A stretch of DNA of 64,000 bases, taken from an uncultured delta proteobacterium (GTDB lineage Bacteria; Desulfobacterota; Binatia; Binatales; Binataceae). Location of the stretch: NCBI GenBank assembly GCA_963756155.1, contig CAVWMQ010000010.1, positions 95,672-159,671 on the forward strand, written 5' to 3'. The position numbers and the translations under genes were made by a program. Positions within the stretch are counted from its first letter, which is position 1. Each line of letters starts with the position of its first letter. Under the pieces are notes generated by a model that was not told the DNA's origin, did no database searches, and was given only the letters and a program-made list of their open reading frames with translations. This document shows, one piece after another, positions 47,802 through 56,569 of this stretch.

Positions 47802-48554
47802 ATGCCGACCACCCATCGCAAGCTCAGCCGCAAGGAGCTCAAGCAGCCCGACGAGTTCATCACGCTCTTCGGGCAGGCGCAGGAATTCTTCGTCAATAAC
47901 CTGCGCCAGGTTTTCATCTCGGCGGGCGTGGTGGTCGGAGTCGCGGCGATCGCGTTTCTCGTCTACACCTACGAGCGCCATCGCGACACCGTCGCCGCCG
48001 ATCATTTCTATGCGGCGCTCTCGGCGCTCAACGCCAGGAATTACAAGGAGGCCGAGGACAGCTTCGCGAAGCTGGCCGACGCGGAGCCGGGACGCAGCCT
48101 CGGGCGTTTGGCGCGTTTTTATCTCGGCGAAACCTACCTCGCCGAGAACGATCTGCCGCGTGCGCGCGACGCGCTGGTTGAATTCCTGGCCGAAGAACAT
48201 GATCCGCTGTTCATGAACATGGCGCGCGCCGACCTGGCCGTTGTGTACGAACAAATGGGCGACTACGCCAAAGCCGCCAACGCCTATGCGCAGGCCGCCA
48301 GCGTGCCGGGACCGGAGCAGGTGAGGGCGGAGCTGGGAGTGGCGCGGATGCTCGCGAAGCAGGGCGATCAGGCCGCGGCGATCGAGAGCTACCGCCGCTT
48401 TCTGGACGAGCATCCGTTCGCGCCGCAGCGCCAGGACGTGATCGAATCGCTCGCGATGCTCGGTGCGCCGGCAGAGCCGCCCAAGCCGGGCAGCGGCGCG
48501 GTGATGCCGATCGTTCCGGGGCCAGCGCCCGCGTCAGCCTCAGCGCCGCATTAA
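47802..48554 (+). CDS. membrane-anchored TPR protein (YfgM-like)
   Basis: It has an N-terminal cytoplasmic tail, one TM segment (VFISAGVVVGVAAIAFLVY), and then TPR-like repeats. Confidence 0.8.
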   Translation: MPTTHRKLSRKELKQPDEFITLFGQAQEFFVNNLRQVFISAGVVVGVAAIAFLVYTYERHRDTVAADHFYAALSALNARNYKEAEDSFAKLADAEPGRSLGRLARFYLGETYLAENDLPRARDALVEFLAEEHDPLFMNMARADLAVVYEQMGDYAKAANAYAQAASVPGPEQVRAELGVARMLAKQGDQAAAIESYRRFLDEHPFAPQRQDVIESLAMLGAPAEPPKPGSGAVMPIVPGPAPASASAPH

Positions 48555-48597
48555 AATCAGACCTGACTTAAAATTGAATTAGAACGGGGCGCGCGCG

Positions 48598-49570
48598 CTA
48601 GCGCGACGCGTGCGCCGTCTGCGCCAGTTCCGAGCCCACCACGAAATCGAGAATGCGGTCGTCGGGCAGGCCGAAGACCGGGATTCCGTTGATGAAGAAC
48701 GACGGCGTCGAGTTGACGCGCGCCGCGGTCGCATCGGCAACGTCCTGCTTGATGCGCTCGGGCGCGCTGGTGCCGGCGATGCAGGCGTTGAGCGTCTTGT
48801 CGTCAAGCTTGAGGCTCGAGGCGAGGTCGTCGATATGCTGCTGCAGATTGGCGGTGCTGATGCTGCCTTGCTTGTTATAGAAGTGTCGCGCGAAATCCCA
48901 GAACGCATCGGGGTTCTGCAGCCGCGCGCATTCCGCGGCGAGCGCGGCCTTGTATGCCCACGGATGACCGTTGATCGGATAGTACTTGAAGATGACGCGG
49001 ACCTGTCCCTTGTAGGTCGAATTCTCCAGCGTCTCGACCAGGCCGAACGCATGCGCGCAGAAGGGGCATTCGAAGTCGGCGAACTCGATCACCGTCACGG
49101 GTGCATTGGCCGGTCCCAGCGATCGGGCGATCCTCGAGATGCATCCCGCTGACATTCATGCGGCCCCACGGATCTTTGGAAAGGTCGAGCATCTGCTTTG
49201 AGGGATCGACGATCAGGGCCTTGGTCTGATCCTTATCGACAAACAGGACCACTGTGGTGCTCTGGCCCTTGTCGTTGGAGACCATTACCGGGCGGGCGAA
49301 CATGCCGGGGAAGGGCGACTGCACCATCGGGCCGAGCTTGATTTCATCGGGACTCGGAATCTTGAAGCGCCGCTGCAGGTAGGTCTTGAGCGCCGCGTCG
49401 CGCGCAGGATCGGCGGGGACCGTGACGACGCTGGCGTTTGCCGGCGCGTCAGGTGAGGCGGCAGCGGCGATCCGCGCGCGAGATGCGACGCCGATCGCGA
49501 TCGCGGCGCAAAAAATCACCGCCGCAGGAATGAATCGAAGACGGCCGCAATGGAGGTGAAGTATCGGCAT
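48598..49570 (-). pseudogene. DsbA-family thioredoxin-fold protein, one +1 frameshift as assembled
   Basis: ORF 48875..49684 holds the signal/TM segment and N-terminal domain (..DPWGRMNVSGMHLEDRP). ORF 48598..49155 holds the rest (SLGPANAPVTVIEFADFECPFCA..). They join across a break near 49120-49126. The CPFC active site is intact. Confidence 0.8.
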
Positions 49571-49733
49571 GAATCGTCCCATAATCCGCCAATGATACGG
49601 GGCGTGGGCGCAATGTTCCAGCACCCATCGAAAGTGGCCGCAAGTGCGCCAATCCAGGCGGCGCACTTCGGCTTCGTCGTTCACTTCCGTTTTTGTGAAA
49701 CCCCCGGCTCATGGACTGTCCGTCGAGCGAAGG

Positions 49734-50441
49734 CTACGCGGGCCTCGATCGAGTCCATCCGCAGTAGCCGATCACGCAAACGAAGCCGAGTGCCACGGCG
49801 GTCATGGAGGTGTCGGCGGCAATGTGGATCGGGGCGAACGCCCATATTGCCGCATAGGCCAGCCCCGCGAGAGCGAATGCCCAGCCGGCGACGCGCTGAA
49901 CAGATTGGCCTCTGGCCGAATGTTGCGAAACCGATTTGGGAATGACGTTCGCGTAGAACACCAGAACAAGGCCGGCCAGCACCATGGTCCCGCGCACGGG
50001 CACGTCGGCGCCCACGACGCCGAACTTCCTGGCATAGGCGAGGCTGGCCGAGACCGCGAGCAACAGTCCGGCGAGCGCCAAGCTGGATGTGATCCGATTA
50101 GTCATCATGAGATGCCTCCTTCTTACCGTTTTTATCTTCTTTATCCGGGGGTTCGTTTCGGCCGGTGCGCCATTGGAATCCGAGCCCAAACCAAACGTGT
50201 TCGCGAAGCCCATCAGGGCGTCTTCGAGCACCGAGAGTTTCAGATGGTAGATGACCAACTTGCCGGACTTCTCGGCATGGACGAGGTTGGCCTCGCGCAA
50301 GACTGCGAAGTGGGCCGACATGGTCGGTTTGGAGACCGCAAAGTGATCGGAGAGGTCGCCGGCGGTCTTCGGCCCTTTTCGCAGCAGTTGGAGCACGCGG
50401 CGGCGAGTGGGATCGGAGAGAGCTTTGAAGACGCCGGCCAT
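49734..50441 (-). CDS. ArsR/SmtB-family HTH regulator fused to a 4-TM membrane domain
   Basis: The N-terminus FKALSDPTRRRVLQLL..GDLSDHFAVSKPTMSAHFAVLREANLV is an ArsR winged helix-turn-helix. It continues without a stop codon into about 120 aa of hydrophobic helices. An internal MM at about residue 112 could also serve as a start. Confidence 0.8.
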   Translation of the reverse strand: MAGVFKALSDPTRRRVLQLLRKGPKTAGDLSDHFAVSKPTMSAHFAVLREANLVHAEKSGKLVIYHLKLSVLEDALMGFANTFGLGSDSNGAPAETNPRIKKIKTVRRRHLMMTNRITSSLALAGLLLAVSASLAYARKFGVVGADVPVRGTMVLAGLVLVFYANVIPKSVSQHSARGQSVQRVAGWAFALAGLAYAAIWAFAPIHIAADTSMTAVALGFVCVIGYCGWTRSRPA

Positions 50442-50550
50442 GCATTGATATTTAGCTAATCATCTAACTGTTGTCAAGTGGCTGGACGCAGCGGTGGGAT
50501 CTTCGATAGTGGGTCAGTTCGAAATCAGCTTCAGATGGAGGGCAGCATCG

Positions 50551-51070
50551 GTGGCGGAATCAGGTGACTTCAGTCTGCAGGCACTCTACGAAGCGCTCGA
50601 CGCGCAGCGGCAGGCGCGTGGACTCTCGTGGTCGGGTGTGACGAGAGAAATGCATCAGGCACCTGAGCGTCCTGCAAGGCGTCGGCTGAGCGCGTCTACA
50701 GTGGCGGGCATCGGAAGCAGGTCAGGTAGCCGAGGGAGACGGCGTACTGGCGATGCTGCGCTGGCTGAATCGGTCACCGGAGAGTTTCGTGCCGGGCCAT
50801 CAGGAGTCGGACGAGATCAGAGCGCGTCTGCCGGACATTCCCAAGGGCAAATTCTTTCGCTTCGACACCATGAAGCTCTATGCAGCGCTCGACGCTCGCC
50901 GCATCGAGAGAAACATGACCTGGCCACAAGTCGCACAGGAGGCCGGTACCGGCACGTCGAGCCTGATACGCCTGTCGCGAGGAGGGCGGACGGTGTTCCC
51001 CGGCGTGATGCGAATAGTCAGATGGCTGGAGCGCCCAGCCGCAGACTTCACGCGGGTAACGGATGTTTAA
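50551..51070 (+). pseudogene. hypothetical protein made of two tandem ~80-aa repeats, one +1 frameshift as assembled
   Basis: Repeat 1 (LQALYEALDAQRQARGLSW..., frame of ORF 50494..51111) continues in the frame of ORF 50753..51070 (..GDGVLAMLRWLNRSPESF). Repeat 2 reads KLYAALDARRIERNMTW...GVMRIVRWLERPAADF. The break lies near 50716-50724. The start codon is uncertain. Confidence 0.45.
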
Positions 51071-51205
51071 TGATGCGCCATCACTTGCTGCCCAATTACA
51101 AGTTCGCATAAGAAATATTATGTCAACTTGATGATCAGGATCGCGAAGCTCGCCAACCCCTTGCGGCCGTGATGGATCGCGCATTTCGAGGGCACTAACG
51201 GAGCG

Positions 51206-51850
51206 TCATTTGCGGGTGGTGCGGGCGGAAGGGCCTGGGCTGTTTGGGCCGGGTGTGGACTCGCGGCCCATCGCGCGCAGCGCGCGGCGGGCGTTGAAAT
51301 TTCGCGGCTCGAGTTGCAGGACGCGATCGTATGCGGCGATCGCGGGGACGCTGCGCCCCAGGCGGGCCGAGTATTTTCCGATCGCGAGCAGGACTGCGAC
51401 GTTGTCGGCGCCGAGCTCGCGGGCGCGCTGCAGGGCGGTCAGCGCTTCGAGCAGGCTGCCCCGCTCGCCGAGAGCAAATCCGAGGCCCGCGAGCGCATCG
51501 GCGTTGAGCGGATCCATGTCGAGCGCGTCGCGATACCTCGCGGCGGTGTTCCGGCGCACGCCCTTGGCTTCCAGATCGCGCGCCAGCGCAACTAATTTCC
51601 CCGCTTCTTCGGGCCAGCCGCGCGATTCCACTTCGACTTCGATCTGATCGCGCGAGACCTGCGCCTTGATGATCTTTACTTTGGCGCCGAGGTAATCGCG
51701 CAGGCGCGTGATGATCTCGTCGTCGCGGCCGTCGGGCGGCTCGAGAAACACGATGCCGAGCGGGCCGCCGATGTGGTCCTCGCGGCGGATCACTATCGAG
51801 CGGCGTTCGCGGAGCTTGAGGCCGGGCCGCGCGCCGTCAGACACGTTCAT
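51206..51850 (-). CDS. TPR repeat protein
   Basis: The C-terminal half has TPR-like repeats (ADALAGLGFALGERGSLLEALTALQRA..). The start is uncertain and overlaps the end of the upstream dGTPase gene. Confidence 0.7.
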   Translation of the reverse strand: MNVSDGARPGLKLRERRSIVIRREDHIGGPLGIVFLEPPDGRDDEIITRLRDYLGAKVKIIKAQVSRDQIEVEVESRGWPEEAGKLVALARDLEAKGVRRNTAARYRDALDMDPLNADALAGLGFALGERGSLLEALTALQRARELGADNVAVLLAIGKYSARLGRSVPAIAAYDRVLQLEPRNFNARRALRAMGRESTPGPNSPGPSARTTRK

Positions 51851-52997
51851 CGGGGTCGAACAACTTGCGATATTCATCGAGCGCGAAACGATCGGTCATC
51901 CCGGCGATGTAGTCGGCGACGATTCGCGGCACCGCCTCGCCGTCGCGCTGGCCGCGGGTGAGCACATGCTCGGGCATCTGGCGCGGGTCGTCCATATAGG
52001 CCTCGAACAGGCGCGCGAGCACCCTGCCCGCTTTGCCGGTCATCCGGCTGACGCGATAGTGGCGATAGAGGCGGTCGCGCATGATCTGCTTGAGGGCCTC
52101 GACCTGCGCGCCCATCGCGGGACTGAAGCCGACCAGCGCCCTGCCCGCCTGGCGCACGTCGTCGAGGTTTTTGATTTTCGAGCGCTCCAGCTCGGCGTCG
52201 ATTTGCTTCATCAGGTCGGTCGACATCGCGTCGATCATGCGGATGACGGTCTGGTAGCGGGTGACGCGCGGCTCGGCGGCAGGATTCGCCGTCAGCGCGG
52301 CGCCGGCGGCGTCGCGATAGAGCGCGGAGGGGTTCAAGTCGTCGACCGAGAGCATCGCGGCGGTGAGGCCGTCGTCGACGTCGTGCGCGAGGTAGGCGAT
52401 TTCATCGGCGAGGTCGACGACCTGCGCCTCGAGGCACGGGAACGTCGCGGCGTCGAATTCCTGGGCCGCGGGACGCTCGCGGAAATTCGAGTGCTTGATG
52501 ATTCCCTCGCGCACTTCGAAGCTGAGGTTGAGGCCGCGAAAATTCGGATAGCGGATTTCGATCCAGTCGACGGTGCGGAGGCTCTGCGCGTTGTGGTCGA
52601 AGCCGCCGTAGGGTTGCATCAGCTTGTTCAGGACCTGCTCGCCGGCGTGGCCGAAGGGAGTGTGGCCGAGGTCGTGCGCGAGTGCGACAGCCTCGGCGAG
52701 TTCCTCGTTGAGGCCGAGCGCGCGCGCGACGGTGCGGGTAATCTGCGCGGCCTCGAGGGTGTGGGTGAGGCGGGTGCGGTAGTAGTCGCCCTCGTGATTG
52801 ACGAACACCTGGGTCTTGTACTCGAGGCGCCGGAACGCGGCGGAATGGATGATGCGATCGCGGTCGCGCTGGAAGACGGTGCGGATGGGATGCTCGGGCT
52901 CGGGGAAGCGGCGGCCGCGGCTGGCGCGCGACAGCATCGCATAGGGCGCGAGGGTGTGCGCCTCAACCTCCTCGAGCTCCACCCTGGTCCGCAACAT
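51837..52997 (-). CDS. dgt: deoxyguanosinetriphosphate triphosphohydrolase-like protein (HD domain)
   Basis: 386 aa. Motifs present: FQRDRDRIIHSAAFRRLEYKTQVF, RLTHTLEAAQI, and AHDLGHTPFGHAGE (HD motif). Confidence 0.92.
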   Translation of the reverse strand: MLRTRVELEEVEAHTLAPYAMLSRASRGRRFPEPEHPIRTVFQRDRDRIIHSAAFRRLEYKTQVFVNHEGDYYRTRLTHTLEAAQITRTVARALGLNEELAEAVALAHDLGHTPFGHAGEQVLNKLMQPYGGFDHNAQSLRTVDWIEIRYPNFRGLNLSFEVREGIIKHSNFRERPAAQEFDAATFPCLEAQVVDLADEIAYLAHDVDDGLTAAMLSVDDLNPSALYRDAAGAALTANPAAEPRVTRYQTVIRMIDAMSTDLMKQIDAELERSKIKNLDDVRQAGRALVGFSPAMGAQVEALKQIMRDRLYRHYRVSRMTGKAGRVLARLFEAYMDDPRQMPEHVLTRGQRDGEAVPRIVADYIAGMTDRFALDEYRKLFDPDERV

Positions 52998-53110
52998 AGT
53001 TCGATCGCGCTTCGCGTCACGCGCCGATCACGATGCTACCACGGCGGATTGGACGCTCGAAGCGCGATCGCGGTGAGCGCTCAACAGGAACACGGAACTG
53101 CGCGGGGGTG

Positions 53111-53139
53111 CTTCATCGCGCGCGACGGGTCTCCTATAA
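53111..53139 (+). promoter_or_regulatory. possible promoter for rlpA
   Basis: A perfect TATAAT at 53134-53139 with a weak -35 element (TTCATC) 17 bp upstream. It lies about 60 nt before the proposed rlpA start. This is a pattern match only. Confidence 0.3.
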
Positions 53140-53196
53140 TCGTGCGCGGTGGTGGAAGTGGGTCAGGTGGGTGGAGTGAATTTCCGCGCGCTGGTG

Positions 53197-53871
53197 ATGC
53201 GCGTCGCGCTCGCGGCCGTCGCGGGGCTCGCGTTCGTGGCGTGCTCGACGTCAAGTGTGCCTGCGCCAGAGCGCCCTGCCCTCGCGCCGATCGCTGCGCC
53301 CGGCGCGCCGCCTGCTCGCCCCGGATCGATCATCGGAACCGCGTCATGGTACGGGCCGGGCTTCAACGGCCGTCCCACCGCCAGCGGCAGGATTTATGAT
53401 CAGGAAGAACTGACGGCGGCCTCGGAGCTGTTCGTGCTGGGGACGCGGGTGATGGTCACGCGGCTGGATACCAACCGATCGGTAGAGGTGACGATCAACG
53501 ATCGCGGGCCGTATGCGAAGGGGCGCAAGATCGATCTGTCGCACAAGGCGGCGGTGGTGCTCGGCATGATCGGGCCGGGCACGGCGCGGGTGCGGATGGA
53601 CGTGCTGAGCGCGCCGCCGGGCTCGCGGGCGGCGGGCAGTCCGATGATCTACTTCGTTCAGATCGGATCGTTCTCGCGCTCGGGCAACGCCGATCGGCTT
53701 CGCAGCCGGCTGGCGAGCTACTATCCCGACGTCCGCGTCGATCAGCTTGATGCAGGTCAACGGCGATATTACCGTGTGCGGATGGGTGCGTTTACGACAC
53801 GTGCCGCGGCTGAGCAGCGCGCCAGTTCCAGCGCCCGCTTCGGGCTCCCGATTGTGATCGTGAGTGAATGA
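53197..53871 (+). CDS. rlpA: septal ring lytic transglycosylase RlpA family lipoprotein with SPOR domain
   Basis: A lipobox is present (LAFVAC). The DPBB region reads GTASWYGPGFNGRPTASG..VTINDRGPY. The C-terminal SPOR domain reads YFVQIGSFS...YYRVRMGAF. The start could instead be 53149 or 53176. Confidence 0.88.
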   Translation: MRVALAAVAGLAFVACSTSSVPAPERPALAPIAAPGAPPARPGSIIGTASWYGPGFNGRPTASGRIYDQEELTAASELFVLGTRVMVTRLDTNRSVEVTINDRGPYAKGRKIDLSHKAAVVLGMIGPGTARVRMDVLSAPPGSRAAGSPMIYFVQIGSFSRSGNADRLRSRLASYYPDVRVDQLDAGQRRYYRVRMGAFTTRAAAEQRASSSARFGLPIVIVSE

Positions 53872-55208
53872 AAGACCGGGCGGCCGCATCTCCGGGGGCA
53901 GCCTGGCGGCGCCTCTGGCCGCTGGCCGCGTGCGCTTTTCTTTTGTCAGCGTGCGCGTACGAGCTGGTGAGCGGCGGCCAGGTCAATCAGCTTCAAGCCG
54001 CGAAGATCGAAGCCGGCATCCAGCAACTGCGGCAGTTGCCCTTCAAGAGCAAGGTGCCGCTGGTCGTCAAGACTCCCGACGAGGTCGAGAAACTGCTGGT
54101 CGCCGACATGGCGCGCGATACCACCGACGATCAGTTCGAAGTCGATGGCGCGGCGGGCGCGCTGCTCGGGCTGTACCCGGTGGGAATCGATCTGAAGGCG
54201 GCGACGCTCAAGCTGCTGAAGAGCCAGGTCGCGGGCTTCTACGATCCGCATCAGAAGCAGATGGTGCTGGTCGAGGGAGGATCGAATCTTGGGTTCTGGA
54301 GCGGCACCACCGAGTTCCTGGTGCAGCGCGACGTGGTCGGCGAGTTGCTGCTCGCGCACGAGTTGACGCACGCGCTGCAGGATCAGAACTTCGGCATCGA
54401 GCAGAGCCTCGACAAAGTCAAGAACGACGACGACCGAGCGCTCGCGCTCAAGTGCGTGATCGAGGGCGACGCGACGCTGGCAGGGTTCGCATACGTGATG
54501 GGCGGGATGAGCGACGCCACCGCCGATACGCTGGTCGATCATCTGCAGGACCTGCCGCAGGCGTTCGCGGCGGAATCCGCGGACACGCCGGAGGGGCTCA
54601 GCGCGCCGCTGCTGTTTCAGTATTCGCAGGGCGCGAGCTTCGTCGCGGAGGCGTACCGGCGCGGAGGATGGGCGGGGGTCGACGCGCTGTATCGCAATCC
54701 GCCGCAATCCAGTCATCAGATCATCCACCCGGCGTTCTACTTCGATCGCCCTGCCCCGCCGCTCAATGTTTCGATCGGCGGCTATCAGAGCGTGATGGCG
54801 GGATGGACCAAGGCGGACGAGGACACTTATGGCGAGCTGCTGCTGCGCACGATCCTGGAGCGCAACCTGGGCAAGGACTCGTACGACGTCGACCTGGCGC
54901 GGCTGTGGGCCGGCGATCACATGGTCATCCTGCAGGAGGGGCGCGGGCTCACCGTGATCTGGATGCTCGCGTTCGACGACCAGCAGACGGCGAGCCATTT
55001 CGCGGAGGTGTACGCGACGCTGCTCGATCGGCTGCTCGACGGCGTCACCGAGCATCGCATCGACTACCGCGGCAACGCGGTGCTGGTGCTGATCGGCGAA
55101 GGCGCGCAATATTTCAACACGCTGGCGCCGTCGATCTGGAGCGCCAGCCGAATCGATTCGCGTCCAGCGGGCGGGGTGGTCGAATCGGCTGACTCGCAGT
55201 CACCGTAG
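53868..55208 (+). CDS. putative secreted/lipoprotein zinc metalloprotease-like protein (HExxH), paralog 1
   Basis: The ATG overlaps the rlpA stop codon (ATGA). It has a lipobox (FLLSAC) and the motif LLLAHELTHALQDQNFG. It is colinear with the next gene along its full length. Confidence 0.8.
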   Translation: MKDRAAASPGAAWRRLWPLAACAFLLSACAYELVSGGQVNQLQAAKIEAGIQQLRQLPFKSKVPLVVKTPDEVEKLLVADMARDTTDDQFEVDGAAGALLGLYPVGIDLKAATLKLLKSQVAGFYDPHQKQMVLVEGGSNLGFWSGTTEFLVQRDVVGELLLAHELTHALQDQNFGIEQSLDKVKNDDDRALALKCVIEGDATLAGFAYVMGGMSDATADTLVDHLQDLPQAFAAESADTPEGLSAPLLFQYSQGASFVAEAYRRGGWAGVDALYRNPPQSSHQIIHPAFYFDRPAPPLNVSIGGYQSVMAGWTKADEDTYGELLLRTILERNLGKDSYDVDLARLWAGDHMVILQEGRGLTVIWMLAFDDQQTASHFAEVYATLLDRLLDGVTEHRIDYRGNAVLVLIGEGAQYFNTLAPSIWSASRIDSRPAGGVVESADSQSP

Positions 55209-55244
55209 AACGATCGCGCGCAATCGCAAATAATACGGGGCCGC

Positions 55245-56552
55245 ATGACTAGAGAATCCGCGGCGGGGTTCGGCACGCCGGCGATCGGCGCGCTGTTGGT
55301 GCTGGCGAGCGTCGCGATCGCGAGTGCGCAGACCACAGTCCTCGGCCCCGACGATACCGCGCGCGTCCGCGATCGCGTCCAATCGATGCGCGGGCTCAAG
55401 TTCAGCAGCAAAGTTCCAATCTCGTACCTCACCGTCGGCCAGGTGCAGGCGCGATTCAAGGCGGAGTTCGCGCGCGAGGTCACCGAGGAGCAGCTCGCGA
55501 CCTCAGTCGAAGAAAACAAGATGATCGGGCTCTACCCCGCCGACTTCAAAGTCGACATGGATCGCATGGCGACGGTGGGGATGGAGTTGGCGGGCTTCTA
55601 CGACTCGCGCCGCAAGGACCTGGTTATAGTCGATCGCCCGCTGAGGGTCGCGGTTCCCGAGCGATTGCGCGACGCCGTCGAGATGTACGAGAAGCTCGAG
55701 ACCGCCGGCGTGCTCGCGCACGAGTTCACGCATGCGCTTCAGGATCAGAACTACGATATCGGAACCACGCAGCAGCATAACAAAAGCAACGACGATCGCG
55801 AGCTGGCGTTCAAGGCGGTCGTCGAGGGTGACGCGACGCTCTCCGGCTTCGGCGTGGTGTTTGGACGGTTGGATGACGCCACGATGGACTACTTTCTTTC
55901 CCATCTTCAGGAGATCGCGCCGGTGTTCATGGCGCGCACCGAGGGGATGCCGCGCGCGATAATCGAGCCGATGATGTTCGAGTACTTCGACGGCGCGCGG
56001 TTCGTCGCGGAAGCATTTCATCGCAAGGGCTGGCCGGGGGTGAACGCGTTGTTCACCAAGCCGCCCCAATCAACTCAGCAGATCCTGCATCCGGAGCTGT
56101 ACTTTGAGACACCCACCGCGCCGAAGATCGTGAAGCTCGCAGGCTACGAGAAGAGCCTCCACAACTGGACCAAGGAGGACGAGGACACTTACGGCGAGTT
56201 GCTGATCAAGATCATCCTGGAGCGCACCATGGGTGAGTCGACGCCTTACGTCCAGGCCGCGAGCAAGTGGAGCGGCGATCGAATAATCGCGCTGGCCAAA
56301 GGCAAGTCGGTCACAGTTTTGTGGATGATCGTGTTCCGCGACCGCGACTCCGCCGACAACTTCGCCCGCCTCTACCCGCGCGTCCTCGACAAGGTCCTGC
56401 CCAGCTCGACGGCGCGCCGCGTCGAAGAGCGCTCCAACGTGGTGCTCGCGATGATTGGCGATGGCGCGATTCGCTCGCAGCAGTTTCTTCCCGAGGTGTG
56501 GAAACAGAGCACCGTCGACGGTGCGGCGATCCCGGCGTCACCGCATCCGTAG
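55245..56552 (+). CDS. putative secreted zinc metalloprotease-like protein (HExxH), paralog 2
   Basis: A signal peptide is present (LLVLASVAIASA-Q). It has the motif VLAHEFTHALQDQNYD and shares blocks with paralog 1 (VEGDATLxGF, FxAEAxxRxGWxGV, YGELL). Confidence 0.8.
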   Translation: MTRESAAGFGTPAIGALLVLASVAIASAQTTVLGPDDTARVRDRVQSMRGLKFSSKVPISYLTVGQVQARFKAEFAREVTEEQLATSVEENKMIGLYPADFKVDMDRMATVGMELAGFYDSRRKDLVIVDRPLRVAVPERLRDAVEMYEKLETAGVLAHEFTHALQDQNYDIGTTQQHNKSNDDRELAFKAVVEGDATLSGFGVVFGRLDDATMDYFLSHLQEIAPVFMARTEGMPRAIIEPMMFEYFDGARFVAEAFHRKGWPGVNALFTKPPQSTQQILHPELYFETPTAPKIVKLAGYEKSLHNWTKEDEDTYGELLIKIILERTMGESTPYVQAASKWSGDRIIALAKGKSVTVLWMIVFRDRDSADNFARLYPRVLDKVLPSSTARRVEERSNVVLAMIGDGAIRSQQFLPEVWKQSTVDGAAIPASPHP

Positions 56553-56569
56553 ATCGCGAACCCGTTCGT

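Noticed and set aside
51708-53399. A 563-aa plus-strand ORF covering the dGTPase locus. The 508-aa minus-strand ORF at 45651..47177, opposite the VWA gene, is similar.
   Set aside because: Both are antisense to genes with strong family motifs (HD domain; MIDAS/CoxE). The translations are low-complexity and Arg/Ala/Gly-rich.
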